A stretch of DNA of 64,000 nt, taken from Desulfosudaceae bacterium (GTDB lineage: Bacteria > Desulfobacterota > Desulfobacteria > Desulfobacterales > Desulfosudaceae). The DNA is taken from the NCBI GenBank assembly GCA_963674745.2, contig CAXXDV010000001.1:1024001-1088000 (forward strand), given 5' to 3'. Made by a program: the position numbers and the translations under genes. This document shows positions 1 through 10,137 of the stretch, piece by piece. Under the pieces are notes generated by a model. It saw only the letters and a list, made by a program, of their open reading frames with translations, did not search any database and had not been told where the DNA came from. The stretch's first letter is position 1, and every line of letters starts with the position of its first letter.

Positions 1-1
1 A

Positions 2-3000
2 TATGATGAATTAGACTTTAAAAGTGGAAGCCTATACTCTGCCACAGACACCCCATCGTCATGCCGAGGCCGTAGTGATTGGATAGAAAAAGGCGAATGG
101 ATTACATCTGCAAAAAGGGCCGGGGCGGATAAAATTTTTTTTGTTGAAAATAATCCTGTGGTTGTTTTCTCAACATGCGGGACAGGACGTAAGGAAAAAA
201 TAAAAGCCTTTAACCGAACATGGTGTCTCGCCCGACCCCGATTATTATTCCTTGCCTCACCGGGTGAAATAACCGTTTATGACCTGGCACAAAAGCCGGT
301 TGATATAAAGAATAAAAAGGATTGGGATAATCTGAAGACCCTTGTTGATGTATCCAATGTCGCCGAAAGACTTCAACACTACCATCGGGACAACGTGGAA
401 TCCGGACGTGTGTTTGCCGACAGAAGATTTGACGATCTTAAAAACCGTGCTGATAAAGCCCTTATTCGAGATTTGAAAATAGTACGGAAGGAGCTGGTTG
501 GTGAAGGGCTTTCCGGCACCAATATTCAATTTGCCCATGCGCTTATAGGCAGATCGATATTTATCAGGTACCTTGAAGATCGTGGCATATTAAGAGAGGA
601 GTACTTCTTAAACATTGCCCGGCAAAAAGCCGGGTGGACCGACTTGCTGCGCAATCCTGTAAAAAGGGCAGGTATCGATTTCTCCGACCATGGAACCTAT
701 TATCCACGGATACTGGCAAATAAAGAGTTTACCTATGCGTTATTCAAAAAATTGGCCCGGGACTTTAATGGAGATATGTTCCCTGATGTCGATGGTGAAG
801 AAAAGATAGTAAACCAACGCCACCTGACCCTGATACAAGATTTATTATATGGTGATGTGGGCAGAGAGAGAAACCTCTTTTTTTATTCATATCGGTTCGA
901 CATCGTTCCCTTGGATTTAATCAGTTCGATCTATGAAGAGTTTTATCATACCTCCTCAGAGCCTACTGAAAAAAAGACAACAGCGAGAATGGACGGCGCA
1001 TATTACACGCCTTCTGTTTTGGTGGAATTTGTACTCTCCCGAATTTTGACGCCAGATGCGCTTGCTAAAAATCCACGTGTGATGGATACAGCATGTGGAT
1101 CCGGAATTTTCTTGGTGGAAGCGTTCCGCCGCATTGTTCGGTATAGATGGCACAAGAATAAGCAACCGCTTACCTTCGATGATTTAAAAAACATTTTAAA
1201 GGATCAGATCGCTGGGATCGAAGTGAATAGTGAGGCTGCAAGAGTCGCGGCATTCAGCCTTTATCTTTCCATGCTGCACTACCTTGAGCCCCCTGCAATT
1301 GATCGTCAAATTAAGCTGGGAAACAAATTGCCTAACCTTGTGGCATCAACCAGCAGTTCACCCAATCATTATCACTGCATCCTTCCGGCAAATGCTTTCG
1401 ATATCGAACGGATAACGTCAAATCCTGTTTGGAGAGAGCGGTTTGGAAAAGAATGCGCAGATGTTGTCGTAGGCAATCCGCCTTGGGGCTCTCCTGGAAC
1501 AAAGGCTGATAAGGTGACAAAAGAACGGCATAGATTTTTGGTTGACTGGTGCAAAGCCAACAATAGAACTATTGGAGATGAAGAACCCTCACAGGCATTT
1601 TTATGGCATGCGCTTGATTTTTTGAAAAATAACGGTCAGGCAGGGTTGCTGGTGTCCGCAGGGGTATTGTTTAAGCATAATACAACAACCCAGGCATTCA
1701 GAAAACAATGGTTTGATAGTATACGTCTTAGTGAAATTTTTAATTTTTCCCATGTGCGTGATTTCTTTTTTAAGGGAGGGGTTTCTCCCTTTCTTTCTAT
1801 TTTTTTTAGAAAAGACAATCAAATAAATAATAATTTTTATTATTGGGCTGCAAAGCAGACCGTGAATATCAAAAAAACGCAGGCCATTATGCTGTCAAAG
1901 TATGATGGGCATACTTTAAATACTGAGGACTTGTCTGAGGTGTCAATATGGAAAGAGCTTTGGTTTGGGCGATTAGCAGATAGACGAATGATTCGGATAT
2001 TAAGAAGGCACCCCCGGATCATACACTATTCAAACCGTGAAGAGTCAGGGCAAGGCTTTAAAATTAACCCTAAAGAAAAAGACGCCGCACCCCTTCAGCA
2101 TTATGATTATTTGGATATTGGGAGCTTCTCAAGATATGATTTTTTATCTTTTTCCACTCCACCTGCTAAAGTTCACAGATTTGGAATAATAGCTGCCTAT
2201 GAAGGCCATCGCCTTCTTGTCAAGCGCGGCATAGATCAAAAATCGACTGACAAAGGAACCATAATTGCACGATACGAGGATATGCCATTCTGTTTTACCA
2301 ATGCGGTAAACGGAATAAAACTAAGTTCACCTGAAGACTGGAAGTATAAGACGATTCTTGGAATTTTATGGTCGTCACTTGCGCGGTATTATTTTTTTAT
2401 GACCTCATCAAATTGGGGGTTGTGGCATTATGAAATTCATCTTGATGACGAATTGATGCAATTACCGATTGTTCTCGATGAATCCAACCCGGCGACAAAA
2501 GAAATAATAGCGGTTGTTGACAAGCTTCGCAGCTATCACCCACATGAGAGGGATATTATTCATCATGATGGCGTGCCCAAAAAAAAGATCGAATCCCAGC
2601 GCCGTGACTTGGAAGCAACGCTTGATGAAGCAGTATTTGAACTTTATCATTTGAGCGAGGAACAAAAAGATCTGATCCGCGATTGCTGTGAAGTAACGAT
2701 ACCTTTTTTTTACAAACCATTTGACAGTATCGGTGCCATGCAAGCTGTTGAGAATGATGACTTGTCCTGGATTAGAACATATGCGGATATTTTCTGCAAA
2801 CGCTGGAACGCATATTTGAGAGATAATGAAGAAATGCGTGCAGAGGCTCACATCGGCGCGCATGGAACCATGTTGGCCCTCGAATTTTATCCGGCTGACC
2901 GCAAAGACCCTTATGATTTTAAAATACAAGATAATACCTGGAGCTATGTCCTCGAACAGCTTGGAGAAACATTACCGCAACCCATGGGGACGTCACAGAT

Positions 3001-3148
3001 TGTTTTAGATGGTTTAGTTCATGTCGTGTCTGATTCCGGGATTATTATCATCAAAAGAAATGAAAAACGTTTTTGGACTAGAAGTTTGGCGCGGGAAGAT
3101 GCTGAGGCAACATTATGTAAGCGAATGGTTGAAACCAGACCGGAGTAA
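2..3148 (+). CDS. Large N6-adenine DNA methyltransferase (Eco57I/type IIG-like M protein), 5'-truncated by the window
   Basis: Frame is open from base 2 (YDELDFKSG...), so the true start lies upstream. Motifs: GAYYTP, motif I MDTACGSGIF, motif IV VVGNPPW, then a TRD-like C-terminal half. AT-rich. Confidence 0.9.
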   Translation, partial: YDELDFKSGSLYSATDTPSSCRGRSDWIEKGEWITSAKRAGADKIFFVENNPVVVFSTCGTGRKEKIKAFNRTWCLARPRLLFLASPGEITVYDLAQKPVDIKNKKDWDNLKTLVDVSNVAERLQHYHRDNVESGRVFADRRFDDLKNRADKALIRDLKIVRKELVGEGLSGTNIQFAHALIGRSIFIRYLEDRGILREEYFLNIARQKAGWTDLLRNPVKRAGIDFSDHGTYYPRILANKEFTYALFKKLARDFNGDMFPDVDGEEKIVNQRHLTLIQDLLYGDVGRERNLFFYSYRFDIVPLDLISSIYEEFYHTSSEPTEKKTTARMDGAYYTPSVLVEFVLSRILTPDALAKNPRVMDTACGSGIFLVEAFRRIVRYRWHKNKQPLTFDDLKNILKDQIAGIEVNSEAARVAAFSLYLSMLHYLEPPAIDRQIKLGNKLPNLVASTSSSPNHYHCILPANAFDIERITSNPVWRERFGKECADVVVGNPPWGSPGTKADKVTKERHRFLVDWCKANNRTIGDEEPSQAFLWHALDFLKNNGQAGLLVSAGVLFKHNTTTQAFRKQWFDSIRLSEIFNFSHVRDFFFKGGVSPFLSIFFRKDNQINNNFYYWAAKQTVNIKKTQAIMLSKYDGHTLNTEDLSEVSIWKELWFGRLADRRMIRILRRHPRIIHYSNREESGQGFKINPKEKDAAPLQHYDYLDIGSFSRYDFLSFSTPPAKVHRFGIIAAYEGHRLLVKRGIDQKSTDKGTIIARYEDMPFCFTNAVNGIKLSSPEDWKYKTILGILWSSLARYYFFMTSSNWGLWHYEIHLDDELMQLPIVLDESNPATKEIIAVVDKLRSYHPHERDIIHHDGVPKKKIESQRRDLEATLDEAVFELYHLSEEQKDLIRDCCEVTIPFFYKPFDSIGAMQAVENDDLSWIRTYADIFCKRWNAYLRDNEEMRAEAHIGAHGTMLALEFYPADRKDPYDFKIQDNTWSYVLEQLGETLPQPMGTSQIVLDGLVHVVSDSGIIIIKRNEKRFWTRSLAREDAEATLCKRMVETRPE

Positions 3149-3170
3149 TATAAGGATAAACAACTGATTA

Positions 3171-3860
3171 ATGGCACGTCGCAAACTATCTTCCTTTTCC
3201 TCTCTTTGGGCCAGACATAAACAGATTTATCTAAGTGTGTTTTCTATGGCGCTGATGAAACTGGCGGAAATGGATGCCATCTCCGGAAATGAAGATGCAA
3301 TCTCCGAACGGCTTTGTATCTTCTTAAATAATGTCTGTTATACTATTAGTAAGTCGAGGGATCAGGAAATTGCAACACCATACTGGGAAGGGCCGATTTC
3401 CCCGGTTACCGAAGATGAATTGAAAGGCGGCAAAGTTAGAAAACGACCTGATTTCACTTGTAAATGCTTGAACCCATGGGCTGATTTACCTGAACATTTT
3501 GAGATATCTCTTCATGTAGAATGTAAACTGTTGGGTAATCCCACAAGCGCCTCATGGGTCCTTAATAAAAACTATGTGGTAGATGGGATAAAGAGATTCG
3601 ATAGTAAAACGCATAAATATGGGAAAAGGGCGAGTTCCGGCATCATGATCGGGTATATCATCAGCATGACGCCTGAAAAGATTGAAACAGAAGTGAATAA
3701 ATATCAAGAAGAACTCTTACCTGAAAATCCGGATCTCATTTTTACCGTTGGATCAACCCCACTCAATCAGGCGCACCAAGTCATTAACAGAAGACATATT
3801 GAGCCGGTCCATTTTGAATTGTTCCATCTCTGGATAGACATCAGAAATTGTTATCATTAG
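3171..3860 (+). CDS. Putative PD-(D/E)xK restriction-endonuclease-fold protein
   Basis: RKRPDF...HVECKLL catalytic-like motif; 22 bp downstream of the MTase in the same AT-rich block. Confidence 0.65.
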   Translation: MARRKLSSFSSLWARHKQIYLSVFSMALMKLAEMDAISGNEDAISERLCIFLNNVCYTISKSRDQEIATPYWEGPISPVTEDELKGGKVRKRPDFTCKCLNPWADLPEHFEISLHVECKLLGNPTSASWVLNKNYVVDGIKRFDSKTHKYGKRASSGIMIGYIISMTPEKIETEVNKYQEELLPENPDLIFTVGSTPLNQAHQVINRRHIEPVHFELFHLWIDIRNCYH

Positions 3861-3941
3861 GCATTCCGAGGGCCGTATACAAATTTCCAATATGTCAAGA
3901 AAACATAAATAGATATACTTTCGTCGAAATTAGCCTACATA

Positions 3942-4757
3942 TCATGCCCCCCGAATTTCCCCATACTGAAAATTCACCCCATAGCTGAACCGGCGTTGCG
4001 CGCATGTCAGCGCCAAACCGGCCCAGTTGAGCCCGCGGGCGATTTCCCGGCCGCAGGCCAGCTCTCGGGGAATTGGCTCCGCTTGTGGCGGAAGAATCAA
4101 CACAAAGCCGAGTCCGGTCTTTGGGTTCACGAACATCGTCTCAAAATCGCAGGGCTGCCAGGCCGGAATGTCTTGTCCCTCCCGGATGCCTTGCCCCATG
4201 CGCAGACGGGAGAACGGCACACCGGACACTTCATTTAGTAAAACCAACTCGCCCCGGCCCCGCAACTTCCCACCGTCAACAGTCACGTCCAGCCGTTGCC
4301 CCGCCGTTTTATACAACACCCGGCATTCGCCATGGCCGCGGGAAGGCATCATTGTGCTTTGGATCTGCAATAAGGCGCACAGGGCGTCGCGGACAGGCAG
4401 CAACAATTGCTGGCGCCCGGGCCGACGCATATAGCGGGCCGTGATTGCCTCCATCGCTGCCGGGAACACGGACGGTGTCTTCATTCCGAAGATCCGCCAG
4501 GTCACTGTCATGTTCAGTTGATAGATCTTCTCCATAACATTGGACGTCAGCAGCCGGGCGGAAAGCAGCGACGGGAAAATGGTCTGCTGCCCGGTTTTCC
4601 AGACCGGCAGGCCAAAACCCGCCGATTCTCCGGCATAGATCTGATCCTGCTCGCGAAGAAAGAGACCTTTTGCCATGGGGGCTGTCTTACCTTCCGCCAT
4701 GGCCGGCGCGTGTACCAGCGACAGGGTGTCTGACAAGGGCAGGGTTAAGTTCATCAT
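3942..4757 (-). CDS. Hypothetical protein coupled to the B12 radical SAM gene
   Basis: 271-aa ORF; its ATG overlaps the radical SAM TGA (ATGA at 4754-4757). Confidence 0.7.
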   Translation of the reverse strand: MMNLTLPLSDTLSLVHAPAMAEGKTAPMAKGLFLREQDQIYAGESAGFGLPVWKTGQQTIFPSLLSARLLTSNVMEKIYQLNMTVTWRIFGMKTPSVFPAAMEAITARYMRRPGRQQLLLPVRDALCALLQIQSTMMPSRGHGECRVLYKTAGQRLDVTVDGGKLRGRGELVLLNEVSGVPFSRLRMGQGIREGQDIPAWQPCDFETMFVNPKTGLGFVLILPPQAEPIPRELACGREIARGLNWAGLALTCAQRRFSYGVNFQYGEIRGA

Positions 4758-6085
4758 TCAGCGGGCGTCCGGCGTTCTTTTCCGGCGGCGAATTGCGCCG
4801 TAACCTCGGCAATTCGCCCTTTCAAATAGCTTTCATCAAATTCCGACTGATAGGTGATGCGGTTTTCATTTTCATACTGCCAGTCAATTTCGGTCTGCAC
4901 ATTGTATACCTTCTCATACAGCCGCGTGCCGGGAAGCGGATACGGAATGGTGAAGGAGATATCGTCCAGCGGGAGCGTAAGCGCCCACTGAAAGGTCGTT
5001 TCAATCGTCTCCTGTGTTTCTCCGGGATAACCGACCATGAAAAAACCGGCGGTGCGGATAGCGCTTGGCGCGAACAGGGCCAGGGTCTCTTCCGCCATCT
5101 CTACGGTGGTTTGTTTGTTCATCAGTTCCAGCACCGCGTTGCTGCCGGATTCCAGCCCGAAAAAGACCTTCCGGCAGCCGGCTGCCTGCATCAGGTCAAT
5201 CTCCTGCGCGGTTATCTTATCTATCCGCGAGAGGCACCACCAGCGCATGTCCAGCTTGTCCGCGATCAGGCGCCGGCAAAACGCCCGGAGATGCTCAAAA
5301 TCCAGTGTCAGACAATCATCCGCGATCCACAGGCCGTTATATCCCCAGGTCTTGATATCTCGGATCTCCGCCACGATCCGATCCATGTCGCGCCGGCGGA
5401 ACCAGCTTCCGAAAATCGGTTTTGAACAAAAATCACAGTGGTACGGGCATCCATAGGTGGTCATGATGCCCGCCAGGGAATAGCCTTCGCGGTCATGCCA
5501 GAATTGCTGATAACGCGCGTGATCGTAATCGCTGCGGTCCGTCAGCGGCAGCTGGTTCAACAGCGTTTCACCGGATGATTGGGGGGCGGTTTGAATCGTC
5601 GCGCCGCCATCCGGCGGTTGATAATGGATACCGGGCCAGGCCTCCGGGCGCCGGACAAAATCCGCCAGGCCCTGCACCGGAATTTCAGCCTCAAGATAAT
5701 CGCGGCAAAAATCGGAAAAGGCCTGGGCGGCCTCGCCGCGAAACACCAGATCAAATTCCCTGTAAAACTGCCGGGGTCTGAGCGTCGGCAGCGGACCGCC
5801 GCACACCAGCAGGGTCTCCGGCATCCGATCGCGAATGGCCCGGGCGATATCCCGCGCGTTGTCGGACATGGACACCATAATCGAGATCCCCACGATTTTG
5901 GGCCGCGCGGCCTCTATTTCCGTAAGGACATCCGCGCGCTGTCGAAAGGTGCAATCCACCACGCCGACGTCCACCCCGGCCGCGCGCAGAACCGCCGTCA
6001 GCTGGGCAATGCCTTGGGGATGAAAGAGCAGGGCCTGCGGCGCGTGCGTGTCAAAGTATGGATAAATGAGCATGACATCGGTCAT
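4754..6085 (-). CDS. Cobalamin-binding radical SAM protein (class B methyltransferase-like)
   Basis: N-terminal B12-binding-like domain (PQGIAQL..., VCGGPLPT), CxxxCxxC GCPYHCDFC, GLESGS, FMVGYPGET, PLPGT. Confidence 0.9.
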   Translation of the reverse strand: MTDVMLIYPYFDTHAPQALLFHPQGIAQLTAVLRAAGVDVGVVDCTFRQRADVLTEIEAARPKIVGISIMVSMSDNARDIARAIRDRMPETLLVCGGPLPTLRPRQFYREFDLVFRGEAAQAFSDFCRDYLEAEIPVQGLADFVRRPEAWPGIHYQPPDGGATIQTAPQSSGETLLNQLPLTDRSDYDHARYQQFWHDREGYSLAGIMTTYGCPYHCDFCSKPIFGSWFRRRDMDRIVAEIRDIKTWGYNGLWIADDCLTLDFEHLRAFCRRLIADKLDMRWWCLSRIDKITAQEIDLMQAAGCRKVFFGLESGSNAVLELMNKQTTVEMAEETLALFAPSAIRTAGFFMVGYPGETQETIETTFQWALTLPLDDISFTIPYPLPGTRLYEKVYNVQTEIDWQYENENRITYQSEFDESYLKGRIAEVTAQFAAGKERRTPAE

Positions 6086-6188
6086 TTACAACTTCCTTTT
6101 CGGAAACTTTTGGGAATGCCGGAACATTCACGCTTATTCATTTTCAATCCATAAACGGTCTTTTTCCGCAATCTCAGTGGCAAAGGGT

Positions 6189-6806
6189 TTAGAGCACATA
6201 AATCAGCACCGTGAAATAATGGCTGAGGCTGCCGGCAAGCACGAACAGGTGCCAGACGCCATGCGAATGGCGCATTCTGTGGTCAAGCGCGTAAAAAATT
6301 ACCCCCAGGGTATAAAACAGCCCGCCCGTAAGGAGCAGGACAAACCCCGGCCGGGGCAATGCCAGCAGCAGCGGTTTGAGCGCTGTCAATACCAGCCAGC
6401 CCATGAGGAGATAAATGACCACGGGCAGGATGCGCCGTCCATTTTGAGGGAACGATTCCAGGACGATTCCCAGAACCGCAAGCCCCCAGATGACGCCGAA
6501 GATCGACCAGCCCCAGGCGCCGCGAAGGGTGATCAGGGTGAACGGCGTATATGTGCCTGCGATCAGCAGATAGATTGAAAGATGGTCAAACTTGCGGAAA
6601 ATCGTTTTCGCCTTTCCTTTCAGGCTGTGATACAGCGCCGAAGAGGTATACAAGATCAGCAGGGTGGCGCCGTATATGCTGAAGCTGACAATCTTCCACG
6701 GGTCGCCCAGGCGCGACGCCTGCACAACCAGCAGGACCAGCCCGGCCAGCGCTATGGCCGCCCCGACCAGATGGCTGATGCTGTTAAACCGTTCCCCTTT
6801 ATACAC
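6189..6806 (-). CDS. Hemolysin III / PAQR family membrane protein
   Basis: ERFNSISH, SALYH, FDHLSIYLLIAGTYTP, HGVWHLFV motifs; start reset to GTG at 6806, preceded by GAGGAG. Confidence 0.9.
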   Translation of the reverse strand: MYKGERFNSISHLVGAAIALAGLVLLVVQASRLGDPWKIVSFSIYGATLLILYTSSALYHSLKGKAKTIFRKFDHLSIYLLIAGTYTPFTLITLRGAWGWSIFGVIWGLAVLGIVLESFPQNGRRILPVVIYLLMGWLVLTALKPLLLALPRPGFVLLLTGGLFYTLGVIFYALDHRMRHSHGVWHLFVLAGSLSHYFTVLIYVL

Positions 6807-6855
6807 TGCTGCTCCTCGAGATATTTGAAGACATTCGTTATGGTTCGAGCCCGAA

Positions 6856-7995
6856 CTATCGTTTCCCCAGCACTTCGTTGGCAATGACAATCTTCTGGAT
6901 CTGGGAGGTGCCTTCGTAGATGGTCAGGACGCGGGCGTCCCGATAAAACCGTTCCACGGAAAATTCCCGGGTATAGCCGTAGCCGCCGTGAATCTGGATG
7001 GCCTGTCCGGTCACGCGGTTGGCCATTTCCGAAGCATACAGCTTGGCCATGGCGGCCTCCTTGCTGCAACGCTTTTTCTGGTCCTTTTGGGCGGCCGCGT
7101 TCAGGACGAGGAGACGGGCGGCTTCCACATCCGTGGCCATATCGGCGATCATCCAGCGGATGCCCTGGTTGTCCGCGATGGGACGGCCGAACTGCTCCCG
7201 CTGCAGGGCATAGGCCGTGGCCTCTTCCAGGGCGGCCTGGCCCAGGCCCACGGACAGGGCCGCGATGCCGATGCGGCCGTCGTCCAGACCGGACATGGCC
7301 ACCCGGAACCCTTCGCCTTCTTTGCCCAGCAGATGATCCGCCGGCACCCGGCAATCGGTGAATATGAGATCGGTGGTATCCGAGGCGCACTGCCCCATCT
7401 TGTCTTCCAGCCGGCCGGTGGAAAAACCGGCCATGCCCCGGGTGACCAGAAAGGCGGAAATCCCATTGTGACCGGCCGCGGAATCGGTTTTGGCCAGCAC
7501 GATGAACAGCTCGGAGGTGGCCCCGCCGGTAATCCACCGCTTGGTGCCGTTTAAAATATAATCGTCGCCGTCCTTTTCGGCAGTGGTGACCATGCCGGCC
7601 GGGTCGGAACCGGCTTCGGGCTCGGACAGGGCAAACGAACAGATGAATTCGCCCCCGGCCATGGGGACCAGGTATTTTTCTTTCTGGGCTTCACTGCCGA
7701 AACGCACCAGGCTGCCGCAACAGATGGAATTATGGACGGACATGATCACCGCGGTCGAGGCGCAGGCATGGGCGATCTCGCTCAAGGCCAGGGCGTAAGA
7801 AACCGTGTCCATGGCTTCCCCGCCGTATTCTTGCGGCACCAGCATGCCCAGCAGACCCAGTTCGCCCATTTTTTTCAGGCTTTCGACGGGATAGGCATGA
7901 TTCTGATCGCGCCCGGCCGCCAGCGGGGCCAGTTCTTTACGGGCAAATTCCCGGGCCATCTTCTGCACCATCTGCTGTTCCTTGTTCAACTGCAT
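6856..7995 (-). CDS. Acyl-CoA dehydrogenase (short/branched-chain-like)
   Basis: FALSEPEAGSD, LNGTKRWIT, KMGQ, QIHGGYGY, IYEGTSQIQ (catalytic Glu present). Confidence 0.95.
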   Translation of the reverse strand: MQLNKEQQMVQKMAREFARKELAPLAAGRDQNHAYPVESLKKMGELGLLGMLVPQEYGGEAMDTVSYALALSEIAHACASTAVIMSVHNSICCGSLVRFGSEAQKEKYLVPMAGGEFICSFALSEPEAGSDPAGMVTTAEKDGDDYILNGTKRWITGGATSELFIVLAKTDSAAGHNGISAFLVTRGMAGFSTGRLEDKMGQCASDTTDLIFTDCRVPADHLLGKEGEGFRVAMSGLDDGRIGIAALSVGLGQAALEEATAYALQREQFGRPIADNQGIRWMIADMATDVEAARLLVLNAAAQKDQKKRCSKEAAMAKLYASEMANRVTGQAIQIHGGYGYTREFSVERFYRDARVLTIYEGTSQIQKIVIANEVLGKR

Positions 7996-8213
7996 CTAAC
8001 GTATCCTTACTTTTAGAAATACCTTTGCTTACATTTTGGACTTGTATCCGTCTCAGGACGGTCTTTGGCATTTAATCGGCATTACGTTAACATGCCGACC
8101 GGCAAAAGAAAACAGAAGATGGAATTGGGGTTAACGGCTCGGCCCGTGGGACCGGGCCTTAGGCATAAGGTGGTCGTCAGTTCAATCACACGGCCGGGCT
8201 TTAAATGCCGTAT

Positions 8214-9518
8214 TCACAGGTTGATGCGCTGGGCGGCCTGGATTTTCCCGGCCCGGGCCTGGTCAACCCCGGCCTGTTCGGCAAATTCGGGCCAGCGGCG
8301 GAAAATGTCGATAACGTGATCGATCATCTTTTCGGCACGGGGCTTTTTGATATCCGCTGCTTTGGCCAGGGCGATCAGGTCCGCGCGTTCAAACCCGTCC
8401 CGCTTGCCGTTGACGCTCATCTGGTGGCGGCTCGTCCATTGGCCGGCCGGGTTCCAGGCATAAGAGAGGTCGAAGGCGGGCGACAGCCGCCATTGGCCCC
8501 GCCGATTCATGAGAAAGGCGATGTTTTTGACATGATCGTCGCAATTGCGGCCGACCACATTAAAAATGGCCCGCAGGACCTGCTGATCCATGTCTTTTCG
8601 GGAAAGGCCCAGCCGACGGATGACCTGGATGGCCTGCTCATACGAATAGGCGGCCGGTTGCCGATAATCAAAATGGGCCATGGCGCCCAGGGACTGCATG
8701 TGCACTTTTCCGCCGGCAACGGTCCGGTCAAACCGCCGGGTCATAAAATGACTGCGGTCGCCCTCATGATGCAGGCGACAGGCCGTCATCTCTATACCGG
8801 CTTCGACGGCCATCAGGTGATAGGCGTATTCAATCCGGCCGTAACCCTGGGAGGCGGCGATTTCCGTGTCAAGACTGCCGGTGATGCCGTCAAACTTCAT
8901 CAGCCAGTATTCAAAGCCCTGCCCGGCGTCGATCTGTCCTGACCGGAACTCATTGGTCGACGGGTTCCAGGCCAGGATCGCTTTGGCCCTGGCGCCGCCG
9001 GCCGAGGTGCCGACGCGGAGAATATCAGTGATGGTTTCCCGGTCGTCGACACCGGAAAAAACGCCGCCGACGCCGTTGCGCTCGTCCAGAATCCGATTGG
9101 CCAGATCGACGAGTCTGGCGATCTCAAGCGAACGCCCGGCGGCCGGCGCCTCGATCGTGGCCGGCTGAAACTCCAGGGCCCCCATGCCGCGACTACCGAC
9201 ATAGCACAGGCGTTCCACCGGATGAAAACTGACCGCGGTTCGCCCCTGGGAAGCCAGCCAGGCGTCAATAAGGGCATGGCCGTACCGGTCCGGAAGCGAG
9301 TCCGCCAGCAGTCCCGGCAGCCCTTTGAAGGTGTTCCTGGCCAGGGCCGGGAACTCATAAGGAAATTCGGCCAGGGGCATCATCAGCGGCGCCAGCTGAA
9401 TACCGCTGCGCAGAAAGTCGGGCGCGTACTGGAAGACCCCGATCTCCCTGTCTTCCAGCCAGGTGACGGCACCGATCACGCTGCCCCAGAGAAGCACGTG
9501 GGCGTCGTTATTCATCAT
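8214..9518 (-). CDS. hipA: HipA family Ser/Thr kinase toxin
   Basis: DSLPDRYG (couple_hipA), SAGGARAK P-loop, DDHVKN, LSPAFD; start reset to ATG 9518, which overlaps the antitoxin 3' end. Confidence 0.9.
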   Translation of the reverse strand: MMNNDAHVLLWGSVIGAVTWLEDREIGVFQYAPDFLRSGIQLAPLMMPLAEFPYEFPALARNTFKGLPGLLADSLPDRYGHALIDAWLASQGRTAVSFHPVERLCYVGSRGMGALEFQPATIEAPAAGRSLEIARLVDLANRILDERNGVGGVFSGVDDRETITDILRVGTSAGGARAKAILAWNPSTNEFRSGQIDAGQGFEYWLMKFDGITGSLDTEIAASQGYGRIEYAYHLMAVEAGIEMTACRLHHEGDRSHFMTRRFDRTVAGGKVHMQSLGAMAHFDYRQPAAYSYEQAIQVIRRLGLSRKDMDQQVLRAIFNVVGRNCDDHVKNIAFLMNRRGQWRLSPAFDLSYAWNPAGQWTSRHQMSVNGKRDGFERADLIALAKAADIKKPRAEKMIDHVIDIFRRWPEFAEQAGVDQARAGKIQAAQRINL

Positions 9519-9876
9519 CACCCCCGCCGTCGCCCCACGACCAGGTCGGAGAGGGATCACCGGATTGGACCGGGCGCGCCCGCTGGCGCTCTGTGCCGCC
9601 GATGCCGACCCGCTCAATGGGTCTTACCGTGGGGTCCGGCAGCAGGGCTTCGAAGTTCTGCTGAATGCCCAGCGCCATCAGAACCCGAATAAAGGTGTCC
9701 ATGGAAACCCCCTGGCCCTTTTCAAGCCGGCCGATGGTTCGTAGCGACACCCCGGCTCGTTCGGCAAGTTGCGCCTGGGTGATGTTACGGGAAAGCCGGA
9801 TGCCTTCCAGCCGTTTGCAGAGGGCGGCTTCGATCCGGGAGCTCGTTGCTACAGAGAAGTCTATATTGTAAGCCAT
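9508..9876 (-). CDS. hipB: XRE-family HTH antitoxin (HipB-like)
   Basis: RLSRNITQAQLAERAGVSLRTIGRLEKG HTH; directly upstream of and overlapping hipA. Confidence 0.85.
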   Translation of the reverse strand: MAYNIDFSVATSSRIEAALCKRLEGIRLSRNITQAQLAERAGVSLRTIGRLEKGQGVSMDTFIRVLMALGIQQNFEALLPDPTVRPIERVGIGGTERQRARPVQSGDPSPTWSWGDGGGDDE

Positions 9877-10015
9877 ATTTTACCTGTAAAGTGATATTTT
9901 AATATATAATTGGTAAAATATGACCACATAAAAGAAAAGTCAAGGAAAATGAAATTAAAAAGCAATATATTGCTTTTTAATTATTTAAATTGCAATTAAA
10001 AAGTAAAATATTACC
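9871..10015. promoter_or_regulatory. hipBA promoter region with four 14-bp operator-like palindromes
   Basis: AGCCATATTTTACC 9871-9884, GGTAAAATATGACC 9912-9925, AGCAATATATTGCT 9961-9974 (core of a perfect 30-bp palindrome 9953-9982), AGTAAAATATTACC 10002-10015; minus-strand TTGACT-17-TATTTT at 9943-9915. Confidence 0.7.
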
Positions 10016-10137
10016 TATAAAAAATTTAATCTGAAGGATATCGTCGAATGATTTACGCTTATACACTCTGCAAGGCTTGCCTGATACCTCTTTCGAGAAA
10101 TTTTGAGGCTAAACAGCCGTTCACCGGCTTTCCTGAT

